From Malacoraja senta (taxonomy: Eukaryota), in NCBI GenBank assembly GCA_038087875.1, contig CM075990.1, positions 8,558,001 to 8,622,000 on the forward strand: a DNA stretch of 64,000 nt, given 5' to 3'. Position numbers and translations under genes: made by a program. The stretch's first letter is position 1. Each line of letters starts with the position of its first letter. Below, one piece after another: positions 1-13,500 of the stretch. The notes beneath the pieces were generated by a model, which was not told the origin of the DNA, did not search any database, and was given only the letters and a program-made list of their open reading frames with translations.

Positions 1-128
1 GGTCGAGACCCTTCTTCAGACGTCACCCATTCCTTCTCTCCAGAGATGCTGCCTGTCCCGCTGAGTTACTCCAGCTTTTTGTGTCTATCTTCAGTGTAAA
101 CCAGCATCTGCACTTCCTTCCTACACAG
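1..128 (+). mobile_element. Penelope-like pseudo-LTR (pLTR) remnant; the inverted arm is cut by the window edge
   Basis: Reverse-complement hammerhead segment ggtcgagacccttcttcagac joined to the forward family body (cacccattccttctctccagagatgctgcc...gcatctgc..ttccttcctacaca). Confidence 0.6.
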
Positions 129-918
129 TGTCTCTGGGGGACACCATTGGTGACATTTTGGGTCGAGGACTTTCATTGGAATGATCAGTGCAAAGAAGGG
201 TCCCGACCTGAAACATCGCTTTTCCATGTTCATCCAGAGATGATGCCTGACCCGCTGGGTTACTCCAGCACTTTGTGTCTATTTTGGGAAAGCAGCATCT
301 GCTGTTCCTTGTTACTCCAGGCCTAGATGAGAGTCAGGCAGCTGCAGTGTAAATGACTTCCAACCGTTCAGACTATAGCACGGAAATCAAGCTGATGCAT
401 CTGACCTCCCACTGATTCCCTGGACCCAGTGGGAACTGATTCAATTTCTCTCTGAGCTCTGAGACCGAGCACACTGATACCTTTGCTTTACTCCAGCCAT
501 CGCTGACATAAGGCTGACGTACCAGTATCCCAGAAGTCTTTCAGAGGCGCCTGGGGCAGGCTCTACTGCTCACTGACATTTACACCAGTGAAAGTACATT
601 TTAACAAATTAAAATAGTAAGCATTCTTTTTTTTTTAAAGCAATGAACTGTTAAATTTACTTTAAAACACATTCAAAATGATTAAAATAAGTATAACATC
701 AACATGCTTCATAGCTTCACTTACTTTTTTTTAATGAATACAACCCCATTCATTCAATAGGATCATTGACGCCCATTGGAAAAGTAAGTGAAGTATTAAC
801 TCACCAAGTGTCAAACGTGTTTAATTATCATATGTACCGACAACAGAATAATGAAATTCTTACTCGCAGCAGCACAACAAGCCTGTAAATGAAATACGCA
901 TAGATAACATATAATGTC

Positions 919-1215
919 ATGGTGGTGCAGCGGTAGAGTTGCTGCCTTACAGCAAATGCAGCGCTGGAGATCCGGGTTTGATTCCGATTAAGGGTGCTGT
1001 CTGTACGGTGTTTGTACGCTCTCTCCGAGATCTTCGGTTTCCTCCCACATTCCAAAGACGTCCAGGTTTGTAGGTTAATTGGCTTGGTGGATGTAAAAAT
1101 TGTCCCTAGTGGGTGTAGGATAGTGTTAATGTGCGGGGATCGCTGGTCGGCACGGACCCGGTGGGCCGAAGGGCCTGCTTCTGTGCTATAACTCTAAACT
1201 AAACTAAACTAAACA
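919..1215 (+). mobile_element. HE1-type tRNA-derived V-SINE
   Basis: A-box-like ggtggtgcagcggtag, B-box-like ggtttgattcc, V-domain ggtttcctcccacattccaaagac, CR1-like tail gggccgaagggcctg and (ctaaa)n. Confidence 0.85.
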
Positions 1216-2008
1216 AAAATTTCAATAATCTAATAACCAAAATATAGGTGCCAATAAATACAAAGTCCTTAGTGCAACCGTGGGCAGGTATTGCATCATC
1301 ATCGCGATCTGAATCTGTAAAACTGCAGAAAACCCCGAAGAACATGTGACAAGCAAATTCCTCTATGTTCATGAGAAAAACAAGTCTCAATTGTATTTAA
1401 AGATACACACAAAGTGCTGGAGTCAGGGTCAGGCAGCTCTCTGGAGAGAAGGGATAGGTGACATTTTGTGTCAGAACCCTTCTTCAGACTGAAAGATAGA
1501 GGGGTGGGGGTGGGGGGTAGGGGAGGTGGAGGGAGGAAACCGGAGGCGAGAAAAGACCAGAACAAAACAGGGTGGCCAGCTTGTATTTACCACATTATGA
1601 ATGATGTATATTTTTGAAAAGGTGCATAATACAATAAACAAGAAATACTTGAAATGTACTTTTCTAATGTGAGGCTGTCGACCTGAAATGTTAATCCTTT
1701 AACTCTCCCTACAGATGCTGCAGGGCAGTTCCCATTTTCATTTTACATTTGTTGCACATAAACTCGGGTGGTCCTAAAGCACTTTATGATGAGGTACTTT
1801 TAAAGACAGACGCAAAAAGCTGGAGTAACTCAGTGGGTCAGGAAGAATTTCTGGGGAAATAGGTGATGTTTGGGATGGAGATGGGTCTCAACCCAAAACC
1901 TTTTCCGCAGAGATGCTGCCTTACCCGCTGAGCAACTCCAGCTTTTTGTGTCCGTCTTCGGTTTAAACCAGCATCTGCCGTTTCTTCCTACACATACTTT
2001 CAAAGTAA

Positions 2009-2344
2009 TGGCCCTGTCCCACGGTACAAGTTCATTCCAAGAGCTCTCCCGAGTTTGCCCTGATTCGAACTCAGAGATTTACGGGTGATGGCCGCTCGTC
2101 GGTACTCGAGTCTCTTGTGGACATTTTTCAACATGTTGAAAAATCTTCACGAGTCTTCCCGTGCTTACCTGCCGTTAGTTAGCGAGTCTTCCCGAGTACC
2201 TGCCGTTAGCGTTACGAGCTGCTAAGAGACGTCCAAGAGCTCCGACGTACCCGCTACGTTCATTCTCCGTGCTTACCACGAGTTTGGTTTTTTTAAAAAC
2301 TCGGGAGAGCTCTTGGAATGAACTCGTACCGTGGGACAGGGCCA
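2009..2344. mobile_element. PIF/Harbinger-type MITE
   Basis: 48-bp TIR tggccctgtcccacggtac..gagttt with 1 mismatch. TAA on both sides (2006-08, 2345-47). Confidence 0.85.
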
Positions 2345-3099
2345 TAAGTTGGGAGACTGGAAGCACAAACAGATCATACTCTCAGGCAGTTTTGGCAACA
2401 CTTTGGCATGTTGTGAAGTCAAAGGTTGTCTCTGGATGTCTCTGTTTGCACCTCTCTGTTTGCACCATCTGATGCATAGTCGTCTTTCATGGACCACTTG
2501 ATCCTGCAGAATGGTCGGTCAGGAAAACGTTTTGGATGTTGAGAACTGCCAAAGGTAATTGCAGTCACGGGGTCCTTGCAAAATATGGTGTGGTTCCAAG
2601 ATGATCCTGTCCATTAATTCCAAAACATTTCAACTCATGTTGAGATAATGAGCTGGTGTAGGCCACTCGGCCCTTCAAGCCTAATCTATCAGTCAGCAAG
2701 ATCATGGTTGCCTGATTGCAGTCTCATTTCTGCTTTCCTCCCTCCCATGGTAGGCCTTCATCCCTTGTTGGGCAAGTTTCTATCCATCCCTCATAAATGT
2801 TCAAAAATGTTGCCTCCACCACCCTTTGTGGAAGGGAGTTCCAAAAACTCCTATTTTACCCGGGTTGCGTCTTATATTGGCAACCAGTCACAAAAGAAGA
2901 ATTCTCTGCGCATCTCACCTATCAAGTTCCTCAGGGTCTCATATGCCACTTCTCACTCTTCTGAACCCCAGAGGAATCCATTCAGCCCAATTTACTGTTT
3001 AGATCTTTGAATGACAAGTACGATTAATCCAATTCTGCTGCTCTTCAACCATGCGTGTAAAGTGTTTCACCTTCTAAACACCTTCTATCCTTTACTTGT

Positions 3100-3310
3100 A
3101 AGATAGACACAAAAAGGTGGAGTAACTCAGCGGGACAAGCAGCATCTCTGCAGAGAAATGGGTGACGTTTCGGGTCAAGACTCTTCTTCAGACTGATCCG
3201 AAACATCGTCCACTCCTTCTCTCCTAACATGCTGCCTGTCCCGCTGAGTTACCCCAGCTTCTTGTGTCTATCTTCAATGTAAACCAGCATCTGCAGTTCC
3301 TTCCTACACT
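3100..3310. mobile_element. Inverted pair of Penelope-like pLTR remnants
   Basis: Left arm (agatagacacaaaaaggtggagtaactcagcggga...cttcagactga) is the reverse complement of the right arm (ccgaaacatc...ccgctgagttaccccagcttcttgtgtctatct). Confidence 0.65.
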
Positions 3311-3334
3311 TAACATGTACAAGGTATGTTTAAG

Positions 3335-3670
3335 AATCTGATAATGGGGTTAAGAGGCTGTTCTTGAATCTGGTGGTACATGCTTTCAAGCTTTTGTATT
3401 TTCTGTAGCAAGGGAGAGAGAGAAGATAGAATGTCCGGGGTGTAAGTGTTCGAGATTACGTTGGCTGTTTTCCAGAAGTGGCATGAAGATGGAGTCAAAG
3501 GCTGTTTTTCATTCCAGACTGGGCTGTGTCCACAACACTCTGTCATTTCTTGAGGTGAAGGGCAGAGCAGTTGTCTTATCAAGCGGACACATCCCAATAG
3601 GATACTCTCATCATTGCATATGTAGAAATTGTTAAGGGTCATTGGCGACATATGGAATTTCCTTAGTTAA
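3335..3670 (-). mobile_element. Decayed Rex/Babar-like LINE 3' fragment
   Basis: Similar to the better preserved copy at 54750-55330 (gctgttcttgaatctgg...). Confidence 0.45.
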
Positions 3671-4509
3671 ATGGTTTGAGTAAAAGGCAAATATAAAAAT
3701 TACACTCAAAAAGCTTGGCTGAGTGCAGTGATAGACGGCAACATTTGTGGGCATGTTCAGGATGCTGCTGAAGCAAATATATTAAGTATGTGCCTCTCCA
3801 TCCTAGTCATCAATGATAAGCTGTAGTTTTCTGTATGTGTCTATGGTGGTCAAACCACATTATGTATAAAGGTGGGGAAAGATTAAGCTGCACTCTTTTC
3901 ATGGCACCGCACCTCATTGTTGCTTATGTTTATTTCTGCGTTCCCCTAATTCCAGACTGTGGCTCGATGCACCAGCCCTCTGAAGCTCGCCATTGAGCCA
4001 CTGCTACGTGCCATTGAAGTCGTAGCTCTCTCTCTGAAGGTGACTTGTGTAACTCGGACCGCTGAGAACATTGTGGGACAGAGATTTACTGGAGGCAAGG
4101 ACAGAGCAGGCTCCAAAGTCACTGCATGCGGCATAGGTACGAACAGATGGGTTCTGCAGACGTCAGCCATTGTAGGGATGGGGCATTCAGAGGCACACTG
4201 TGAAAGCACTATCTTATTTAAAATGGCTTCTGAAATGATGCCAACATGGCAGAAGAATATACATCCTGTGACTTCAGCAACTGAATTAAGATATTGTTCC
4301 AGATACCAGGTGGGATTGTGCTATTTTTACGTTAAGGTTGGTGTTTGACTGCCAGTGGGGGAACTGTTCCCTGTGAGCACTAAACACCTTAAAGACATGC
4401 ACGTGTACACTATTATATCAGGTTTGTGCCAATTCAAAGAATTAAGTTTAAATTCCAATGCAACCCTGTAGTATTGGATAAAATCAAAAGTTTTTAAAAA
4501 TTATCTTTA

Positions 4510-4817
4510 TTAGTTTAGTCTAGTTTAGAGATACAGTGCAGAAACTGGCCCTTCGGCCCACTGAGTCCACACCTACCAGTGATCCCCGCACATTAACACT
4601 ATCCTACACACACTAGGGACGATTTTATTTCAAGCCAATTAATCTACCACCTGTACGTCTTTGGAGTGTTGGACGAAATCTTGGAGAAAACCCACGCGGT
4701 CACGGGGAGAACGTACAAACTCTGTGCAGACAGCACCGGTTGCAGGGATCGAGCCTGGGTCTCTAGTGCGGTGAGCGCTGTAAGACAGCAAGTCTACCGC
4801 TGCACCACTGTGCCGCC
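4510..4817 (-). mobile_element. HE1-type V-SINE
   Basis: Reverse complement of the 919-1215 family, from (tttag)n to ccgctgcaccactgtgccgcc. Confidence 0.85.
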
Positions 4818-5489
4818 CAGTCTTGTAGTGGTCTTTTTAATCTTGTACTGGTCTGATTGTTACACCTACAGAAAGATATTTATCAATGGGCTGTTGCAAA
4901 GGTTAACTGTTTAAGCAAAGTTAAAATTGAATGTTGAGTGGACAGTGGCAATAAAACCGAACTAACGTCTTGCACAAGCAAGAGGGGAAACGTGTAAAGA
5001 AACAAGAGAATGGCAAGGATTTCCATTTGTACAGTCCTTAACAAGATAAAACTTCCCCAAAGGGTTTCATATGAATGCTATGAAGCACAATTTGACATTT
5101 AGCCATGTATTAGGACAGGTATTAAGCTATTAAGGGTAGAAGGGGCACCTTATAGGAGGTAGAGAGCAGAGAGTGGTCTTTCCATTCAGCCCAACATCCC
5201 CATGCAACCTTCCCAAGCAAGCTGCAATGCCAGATCTGTTTCTGATCCATTTTCCCTTTAAAATGAATTTGATTCTTAATCATGGATGGCACAGCATTAG
5301 TACTGCTGCCTCACAGTTCCGAGACCTGGTATATGGATTTGATCCTGACCACCTGAACTATGAGCATGCTGTTCGCACCTTCCCCCTGTGACTGCATGAG
5401 TTTCCTCTGGGTAGTCCAGGTTTCCTCCCAAATCTCAAAAGACATGCTGATGGATTAATTGTCAATTAATTAGACCTATAAATGAATTA

Positions 5490-5925
5490 TAAATGAAATC
5501 TATAAGGAGAGGTTGGACCGACTTAGATTGCTTTCTCTGGAGTGACAGAGGTTGAGGGGAGACCTGGTAGAAGTATATAAAGTTAAGAGAGGCATAAATA
5601 GAGAAGACAGTGAGAACCATTTTCCAGGGTGGAAAGACCAAATACCGGAGGGCATAGCTTAAAGGTGAAAGGAGCAAAATTTAAATATAGATATATGGGG
5701 TAGGTTTTTTAGACAGAGTGTGGAGGGTGCCCGGAACGCGCTGCCAGGGGTGGTGGTGGAGGCAGACATGATAGTGGCGTTTAAGAGGCTTTTAACAGGT
5801 ACATGGATATGCAGAGGGATATAGATCATGTGCAGGCAAATGAGATTAGTTTAACTTGGCATCGTGTTTGGTACAGACATTGTGGGCCGAAGGGCCTGTT
5901 CCTGTGCTGTACTGTTTAATGTTCA
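5490..5925 (+). mobile_element. CR1/HER1 LINE 3' fragment
   Basis: Degenerate ORF2 C-terminus (ERLDRLRLLSLE..RLRGDL) and 3' tail gggccgaagggcctgttcctgtgctgta. Confidence 0.8.
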
Positions 5926-6899
5926 ATGTTCTATTCATGGTAATGTGAGAGAGAATAATTTGCAAGGGCACAGAAAAATAAGGAAAGCCAGAACATATAA
6001 ACTAGGATGATCTAAACTTAATGGAGGTAATTCCAAGATTATGGCTCTTGGCAATGGAAGACAGGAGGGAATAAAGGTACCATGAACAAGAGGCCAGAGT
6101 GAGAGGATTACAGAGATCTTGGAGGGGTGTAAAACCGGAGGTGATCACAGGTAGATTGAGGTGGCAAGATCATCACAACTTCAATGAGGGACACTAGAAT
6201 ATCTGACCGAGAAGCAAAACTGTTGCCTCAGGTCCTAACATGAAACAAAAACAGTAATTGCTGGAAACACTCATTGGATCAGGCAGCATCTGTGACAAAA
6301 GACGTAGAGTTAACGCTTCAGATTGTCGACTTTGTTTATCTTTCCACTCATGCCGCCTGACCTGCTGGGAATTTTTAAGCAATTTCTGGTGTTCTGATTT
6401 TCAAATCAGACATGTTGTTTTGATGTCGGTGGAAGCAAAGTCTGGGAGGGATTCTTTCAAAGAATTCCATATTTACAACTGGAAATATCATGTGGAGCAG
6501 AATTTCTATTTGAGCTTCTTCAAAAAGTTGCCTTGCTTTTTTTTCTTGGCAACTCAGGAAAGCTCAGCTTTAGATGTTTCAAGTTTTCTTGTCAGGCAAT
6601 ACCCCTCTCCCATCCCTCCTCTCAGTAACTTCTCACTGTGTAAGATTTCTGAACCTTCATTTAATCTGTGTCCTTTACCAGATGCACATCGAATGGACAA
6701 TGGAGCTGTACATTGTGAGGAAATTGAAATTCCTCCTTTATTAACTGACATTTGAGGGAAAGCATGATCATGAAAGATGACTGCAGTTTTCCCAGACACG
6801 GGTCGCAGTGAGACAGAGAGGGTCAAGGAAAGAGACAGAGACAGACAGAAAGAGAGAAAGAGAGACAGACAGTGGGAGGGATTATGTTTTGAAGATTTT

Positions 6900-7200
6900 G
6901 TTTAGTTTCGAGATACAGCGCCGAAACAGGCCCTTCGGCCCATCGAGTCCGCACCGACCACCGATCCCCGCACATTAACACGCACTAGGAACAATTTGTA
7001 CCAAGTATACAAACCCAAACCAATTAACCTACAAACCTGTATGTCTTTGGAGTGTGGGAGGAAACCGCAGATCACGGAGAAAGCCCATGCGGTCACGGGG
7101 AGAACGTTCAAAGTCTGTACAGACAGCACCCGTAGTTGGGATCGAACCCGGGTCTCTGGCGCTGCAAGCGCAGTAAGACAGCAACTCTACCGTGCCACCC
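6900..7200 (-). mobile_element. HE1-type V-SINE
   Basis: Same family, reverse orientation. Confidence 0.85.
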
Positions 7201-7789
7201 TTAAGTATATTGGTATAAGATTTTAAGATGTTTTCCTCTTCTGTTGTCTCTCTACATGAGTTCAGTTTTATGGCTGTACTCAGGATGTGGGTGATATGAG
7301 TAAGGCTGCATTAATTACTCATCCTTATTTGTCTATGCTGTGATTACTTTTATAGCCTCAGAAGGGATTAAGATTCAATCAGATAGTGTGGAGTTGGACT
7401 CGTGTTGATTCTCTCTGTATTTATTGCCCGACATTAATTACCAGATTTATCAAACTGACATTCACAATTTGCCATGAAGGACCTGTGTCATCCAATGATT
7501 GAGAATTCAGCCATCCCTACATAACCTGGGGTGATATAATTGAACCTGACCCCCTTCAATCAAAAGGCAGGGGGGCTCATACAGATAAACAAGAATGCCG
7601 ACAGTGCAGAGCTATGGAACCGCTCACAGCAGATTCATTAATTCTCTCAGACTCCCTCTATCCATCCAAGGAAAGTGCAGGTATGATGGTCGGTATAAGA
7701 TGCAAGGATGGTGTCCAAAGGTCTAGGTGGTGAAGGGATGCATTTCAAGATGCTATAGAGATGGGAATATGGATGGAGGAAGAAAGTAC

Positions 7790-8280
7790 AAAGATGGAGA
7801 GGGTCCATAGGAGGTTTACGGGAATGATCCGAGGAATGGGTGGGTTAACATATGATGAGCGTTTAATGACACTGGGCCTCTTCTCGCTGGAGTTTGGAAG
7901 GATGATTGAAACTTACTGAATAGTGAAAGGCTTGGATAGAGTGGATGTATAGAGTATGTTTCCACTCATGGGAGAGTCTAGGGCCAGAGGTCATAGCCTC
8001 AGAGTTAGATGTTCCTTTTGGAAGGAGATGAGGAGGAATTTCTTTAGTCAGAGGGTGGTGAATCTGTGGAATTCATTGCCACAGAAGGCTGTGGAGGCCG
8101 TCAGCGGATATTTTGAAGGCAGTGATAGATTCTGGATTAGTACAGGTGTCAGAGGTTATGGCAAGAAGGCAGGAGAATGGGGTTAGGAGGGAGAGATGGA
8201 TCAGTCATGATTGAATGGCAGAGTAGACTTGATGGGCCGAATGGGCTAATTCTGCTCCTATCTGTTATGAACTTATGAAC
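7790..8280 (+). mobile_element. CR1 LINE 3' fragment
   Basis: ORF 7956..8186 has RGHSL..FFSQRVVNLWNSLP, the CR1 ORF2 C-terminus, and a (ttatgaac) tail. A second shorter fragment lies at ~8875-9150. Confidence 0.85.
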
Positions 8281-10703
8281 AATGATGGGATTGCTTATTC
8301 TTGCCCCAATAAATGTACTTCCGTGGCTCTATTGGTCTTGCATGGTATTTTACTGCTTTTGTAACCTTGATATTACTAATAAAGATTTCTATTTTCTTTT
8401 AACCTAGAGGTGCTGAAGTGCAGTGAGAGTAGAAGTCTGAGAAAGAATTTCAAACCCCATTAATTTTCAGTAGGCTCAGCTATGACTTGCCTCAGTCCAC
8501 ATCCACTAATGGGACTGGGCAAGGTTCAGTGCTAATACTGGCTTGCTTCTGCGGCTCAGGTAGATCTAACGGACGCTCTGTTAATATCTGTTGTTAAACA
8601 TACTGAGAAAGCATGGGGTTTCTCTTTTCATCAAAGGCCCCGATGTATTACTTTTCAACAGTTAGATTACACTTAGCATTCCATTATTGAAAATAAGGAA
8701 CAAATCCGAAGGACTCCATGTTCTTTGATGTGCTTTCCTTTAATGTTTTTCCCATTTTTTGAAGTCTGGACTAAAGTAGCTTTTGATTAGTATTGGTCCA
8801 CTGTTCTGTATGTGGATTTATTTTGGTTTGATTTCCATTTCTTCACTTTTGTTAGCGGAGATGCCACGTAACCTCTGGATTAAAGGACATTCTTTTAGCA
8901 AAGAGATGAGGAGAAATTTCTTTAGTCAGAGGGTGGTGAATCTGTGGAATTCTTTGCCACAGAAGGCTGCGGAGGCCACGTCAGTGGATATTTTTAAGGC
9001 AGAGATAGATAGATTATTGACAGATGTCAGTGGTTATGGGGAGAAGGCAGGAAAATATGGTGAGGAGAGATAGATCATCCATGATTGAATTGCTGAATAG
9101 ACTTGATGGGCTGAATGGCCTAATTCTACTCCTAACAATTATGACCTTATGAACCCCTTGAGAAATTGGACGTGGTTTATTTTTTGACTGAAATTTTCCA
9201 ACAGGATGTAGCATTAGCTGAGAGATGTTGTTCCATCACACACAAACAACCAGTTGCATATGGAAAGGACAGCTATCCAATGTTTAGACCGGCAAAACAA
9301 ATGCCCTTTCCAGAAAGTATTTCATCCGTGTTACTAAATGACAGGCCTTGCACAGACTTTATACTGGGACCTGGAATCGATCGTAGTTTGCAGGTAAGTG
9401 GATAAGATCAAGAGGTTGACAGAGGAGTTGGTCGGAGAAGATCGTTAAGAGATGGACCAGATATTGGGTGCCATGGATCCTGGGATGCAAGGTGACTTGG
9501 CAATTGAAGGGATCTTCGGACAAGGGTCTTGAGTTTAGGAGAGCTGGGACTACTATCAGATAGGTGGAGAGGGAGGAAAAGTGGGTGGTTGATGATGGAA
9601 TAACACAGCGAGCCATATTTATTATTATGTGTCTGCTGTCATGTGTACCCAACTCCTGACTCCAGATGCTACTTCCTGCTCAGAAACACTCCTTTAAGAC
9701 ACATTGAAGCAGGTTGCACAGGCTCTATAAAGCCCTGCCTCAATGGGCAATAGATAGTGAGATGTATATTGAATACTTAGACCATGTTCTCCTTGTGTTA
9801 GCATATAGGATACTCCTACAATGAAAGCTGCAAACCACTAGAAAACGGCAATTTTCCATTATGTTTTATTTAACTTTGAAATTAAATTACGCAATGCCCC
9901 AAAAATGTGGAGCAACTTTGAGACACCTGAACATGCTCTTCGGTCCACCATGTCCATATACACCTACAGTGTGAGTGGATTTCAAAGGTTGCTTCAGATC
10001 CTGGAACAGACAGGCTCAGAATCAACGGTCGTGAATCCATGCCAACTACAGCGTAAGCTTCCGTAGTGATTTAGTTGTTAAATAAAAAACACATTAGATT
10101 GACTGGTCAGCTGTGATATGTGAAATGGTGATATGAATGCCTTATCCACGAAGTTACTCAATTTGCTCCTTTAAAAGCTTGCAGAAGATGATCCGTGGGC
10201 CGCTGATAGGTCTGCCAATACAGATTTATAAGCAGGCTGCTTGAATTGATAGCGAGCACGAGTGACCTAAATACTTTGGAGCAGATCCTCGAATTAAGGT
10301 GGACAGCCGGGCACAGCCGGAGGTAAATGAACAAAAGGGTCGAGGTTGACAATAAAGAGGACTGTAACTCAGGTTCACAAATCAAAGAGGGAAATAATAG
10401 TATTGGTCCAAATTTGGGAAAATTAGGACAGGGAGCCAAAAATCCATGATGCACCAGCATATTAACAATGAATGGTCCAAAATAGAAAGAAGAATTGAAT
10501 CCGGAATTCATTATAGACCAGAAGGTACTCTGAAGGTCAAAATAAGGATATTGTCTGTATAGTAGGATGGACATGATAATGGTTTACTTAGGGGTTTGGG
10601 AACTTTGTTTTATTTTATATTAACTATTATGCTCTCATCTTGAGAGAATTAAATGTGATCTAGTTTACCACTGAGAAAAACTGGTGAATATACTACACTA
10701 GTT

Positions 10704-10798
10704 CAGTTTGAAGAAGGGTCTTGACCCGAAACAGCACCCATTCCTTCCCTCCAGAGATGCTGCTTGTCCCGCTACTCCAGCATTTTGTGTCTATCTTC
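10704..10798 (+). mobile_element. Penelope-like pLTR remnant with 17-bp TSD
   Basis: aatatactacactagtt at 10687-10703 and 10799-10815 flanks a degenerate hammerhead core plus the family body. Confidence 0.7.
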
Positions 10799-11059
10799 AA
10801 TATACTACACTAGTTGTGGTGCTAATATTTTGCAACTCATCTTATCTGCACATTTGTAAAAGTTACATTTTAAAATCTATGCACAAGTATAATGTTTGAC
10901 AACATCTCCTGCGGTTAATTATCTTTTATTTTCCACATCCTCCCCTCCTCTCGCCTTCCCCCTTCCTATCTTCTCATTCACACAGGTCAGTATGAAAGTG
11001 CAGGCGTAGGGATAGATCATTCACCTCTCATTCGCCTTACCATTCTACAGGGTCATGGC

Positions 11060-12230
11060 TAATCTTTTACCTAAATACCACTTTCTACAAGAATTTCCAA
11101 ACTCTTGATATGTTTAATTTTTTAAATCTATTAATCGTGATCTTGTGTAGTCTTGGTAAATAAGCCTTCAGTAGTGCTCTTGGGTTGAGAATTTCAAAGA
11201 TTCACTATTCTCCCACTGAATAAATGTCTTTCATCTTTGTGCTGAATATCCGATCACAAACTTTGAGTCCATGAACCCTGGTTTTGAACATCACATACAG
11301 AAAAATCATTAACTCTTTATCTATTCTCTCAGAATTTTGTACGTTTCCTGATCCCAGTCTTCTAAACTCAAGAGTGTGCTGGCCTGGGCTGCTTAATCTT
11401 GCATCATGCGGCAAGCAAAAGATCCGACGGATAAATCTTTGAATCTTCATTCCACTCCCACTTGTGCAAGTATATCTTTTCTTAGACGGGAGATCAGACC
11501 TGATCACATTATTACAGTCCAAGAGGGTCAGATCTAATTGGAGCAAGAAGCTTCTACTTTTGTACTCAAATGGTCTTGCAACAAAGGCCAACACACCATC
11601 CACTTCCTAATTGCTTGCAGTTCCTGCTTGTTTACTTTCAGTGATTCATTTACCAGGACAACCCAAGTTGCACTGAGCACTAACAACCTTCAAATTCTCA
11701 TCATTTAAAAAAATGTTCTGCCTTCTATATAGTTGTTCCACCAAAGTGGTGGACCTCATATTATTTTCCGGCAGCATTCCATCTGCCATGTCCTTGCCAT
11801 TCATAAGGTCACAAGGTCACAAGGTCACAAGGTCATAAGGTCATAAGTGATAGAAGTAGAATTAGGCCATTCAGCCCATCAAGTATATCTGCCATTCAAT
11901 CATGGCTGATCTATCTCTCTCTCCGAACCCCAGTCTCCTGCCTTCTCCCCATAAACTCTGACACCTGTACTAGTCAAGAATCTATCTATCTCTGCCTTAA
12001 AAAATTCCACTGACGGCCTCCACAGCCTTCTGTGACAAAAACATTCACAGATACACCACCCTCTGAAAAAAGAAATGTCTGCTCATCTTCCTAGAAGAAC
12101 ATCCTTTAATTCTGAGGCTATGACCTCTAGTCCTAGACTCTCCCACTGGTGGAAATATCCTCTCCACATCCACTCTATCCAAGCCTTTCACTATTCTGTA
12201 TGTTTTAATGATGTCCCTCCTCATTCTTGT
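11060..12230 (-). mobile_element. Two CR1 LINE fragments (old ~11060-11800; younger ~11805-12230 with (ggtcacaa)n tail)
   Basis: ORF 11205..11603(-) shows decayed CR1 motifs (GVLAFVAR.FEYKS, LEFRRL). The CR1 3' UTR is recognisable in reverse complement. Confidence 0.7.
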
Positions 12231-12889
12231 GTAGGAAAGAACTGCAGATGCTAGTTTAAATCGAAGGTAGACACAAAATGCTGGAGTAACTCAACAGGAC
12301 AGGCAGCATCACTGGAGAGAAGGAATAGGTGACGTTTCAGGTCGAGAAGAAGAGGGGTCTTGACCCGAAACATCACCCATTCCTTCTCTCCAGAGATGCT
12401 GCCTGTCCCACTGAGTTATTCCAGCATTTTATGTCTACCCCCATCATTCTTCTTCACTTAGCATGTCGACACTATTCTGAAGCCTCTCTGCATCCTCTTC
12501 ACAACTCGGACTGTCGCCTCATTAGAATACTTGGACGGATTACATTTGAGCTCCTCATCCACTGATATGATTTGGGACCTAGTAAGAATTGCTGATCACT
12601 GCACTGGTCACAGAATCCTAGTGTGGAAGTGACTGGTTATACCTGTTGTCTCTGCCCATTATCAATCCCAGTAAATTAAACCAAATACCACGCACTCCAA
12701 TTCTGCCCATTAAACCTTCAACAATTTCAACCCATTTTGCAATCCATCATGAGTCCAATTTGACTTTCCCCTATTCTATTATTTCCTAAGTGCCCTTTTA
12801 CCACTTCCTCGGTGATAGACTGCAGTATTTTTCCGATCACCAATTTTCATTTTCTCTCCACTTCCATCTTTAAATAATGAGGTTACATT

Positions 12890-13500
12890 TGTTACATAAA
12901 ACAGTCCAGCACAGGAACAGGTCCTACAGCCAACAATGTTTCTCTCTGTTCTCTATTCCCTGCATATCCTTGTGCTAATCCAAAAGCTTAAATGCCACTG
13001 TCATATCTGCCTCCACCACCACCCTTGGCAATGCGTTCCAGGCACCCACCACACTCTGTGTAAAAGCAATTGCCCCGCACATCTCCTCTAAACATTGCCC
13101 CTCTCACCTTAAAGTTATGCCCTCCCTTATTTGATATTTCCATCCCTGAGAAAAGGTCCACCCTATCTATGCCTGCCTTGAGTCTGAAGAAAGTTCTTAA
13201 CTCGAAACGTCACCCATTTCTTCTCTCCAGAGATGCTGCCTGTCCCACTGAGTTACTCCAGTATTTTGCGTCTACGGTGTAAACCAGCGCCTGCAGTTGC
13301 TTTCCACACAATGCCTGTCATAATCTTAGATAATTCTATCAAACTTCCAAAGAAAAGATTTCCTAGCCTGTTCAACCTCTCCTTGTAGCTAATACCGCCT
13401 AATGCAGAGAGCATTCTGGTAAACCTCATCTGCATCCTTTTTAATGCCTCACATCCTTCCTGTACTGGGACAACCCAGAACTGCTCGCATTAGACTAACG
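12890..13500 (-). mobile_element. CR1 fragment interrupted by a pLTR remnant (~13180-13300, TSD atgcctg)
   Basis: ORF 13253..13435(-) RFTRML..LGGISYKERLNRLG. atgcctg occurs on both sides of the insert. Confidence 0.7.

Noticed and set aside
919..995. tRNA-like sequence at SINE heads
   Set aside because: These are 5' parts of HE1 V-SINEs continuing into the V-domain and CR1 tail, not tRNA genes.
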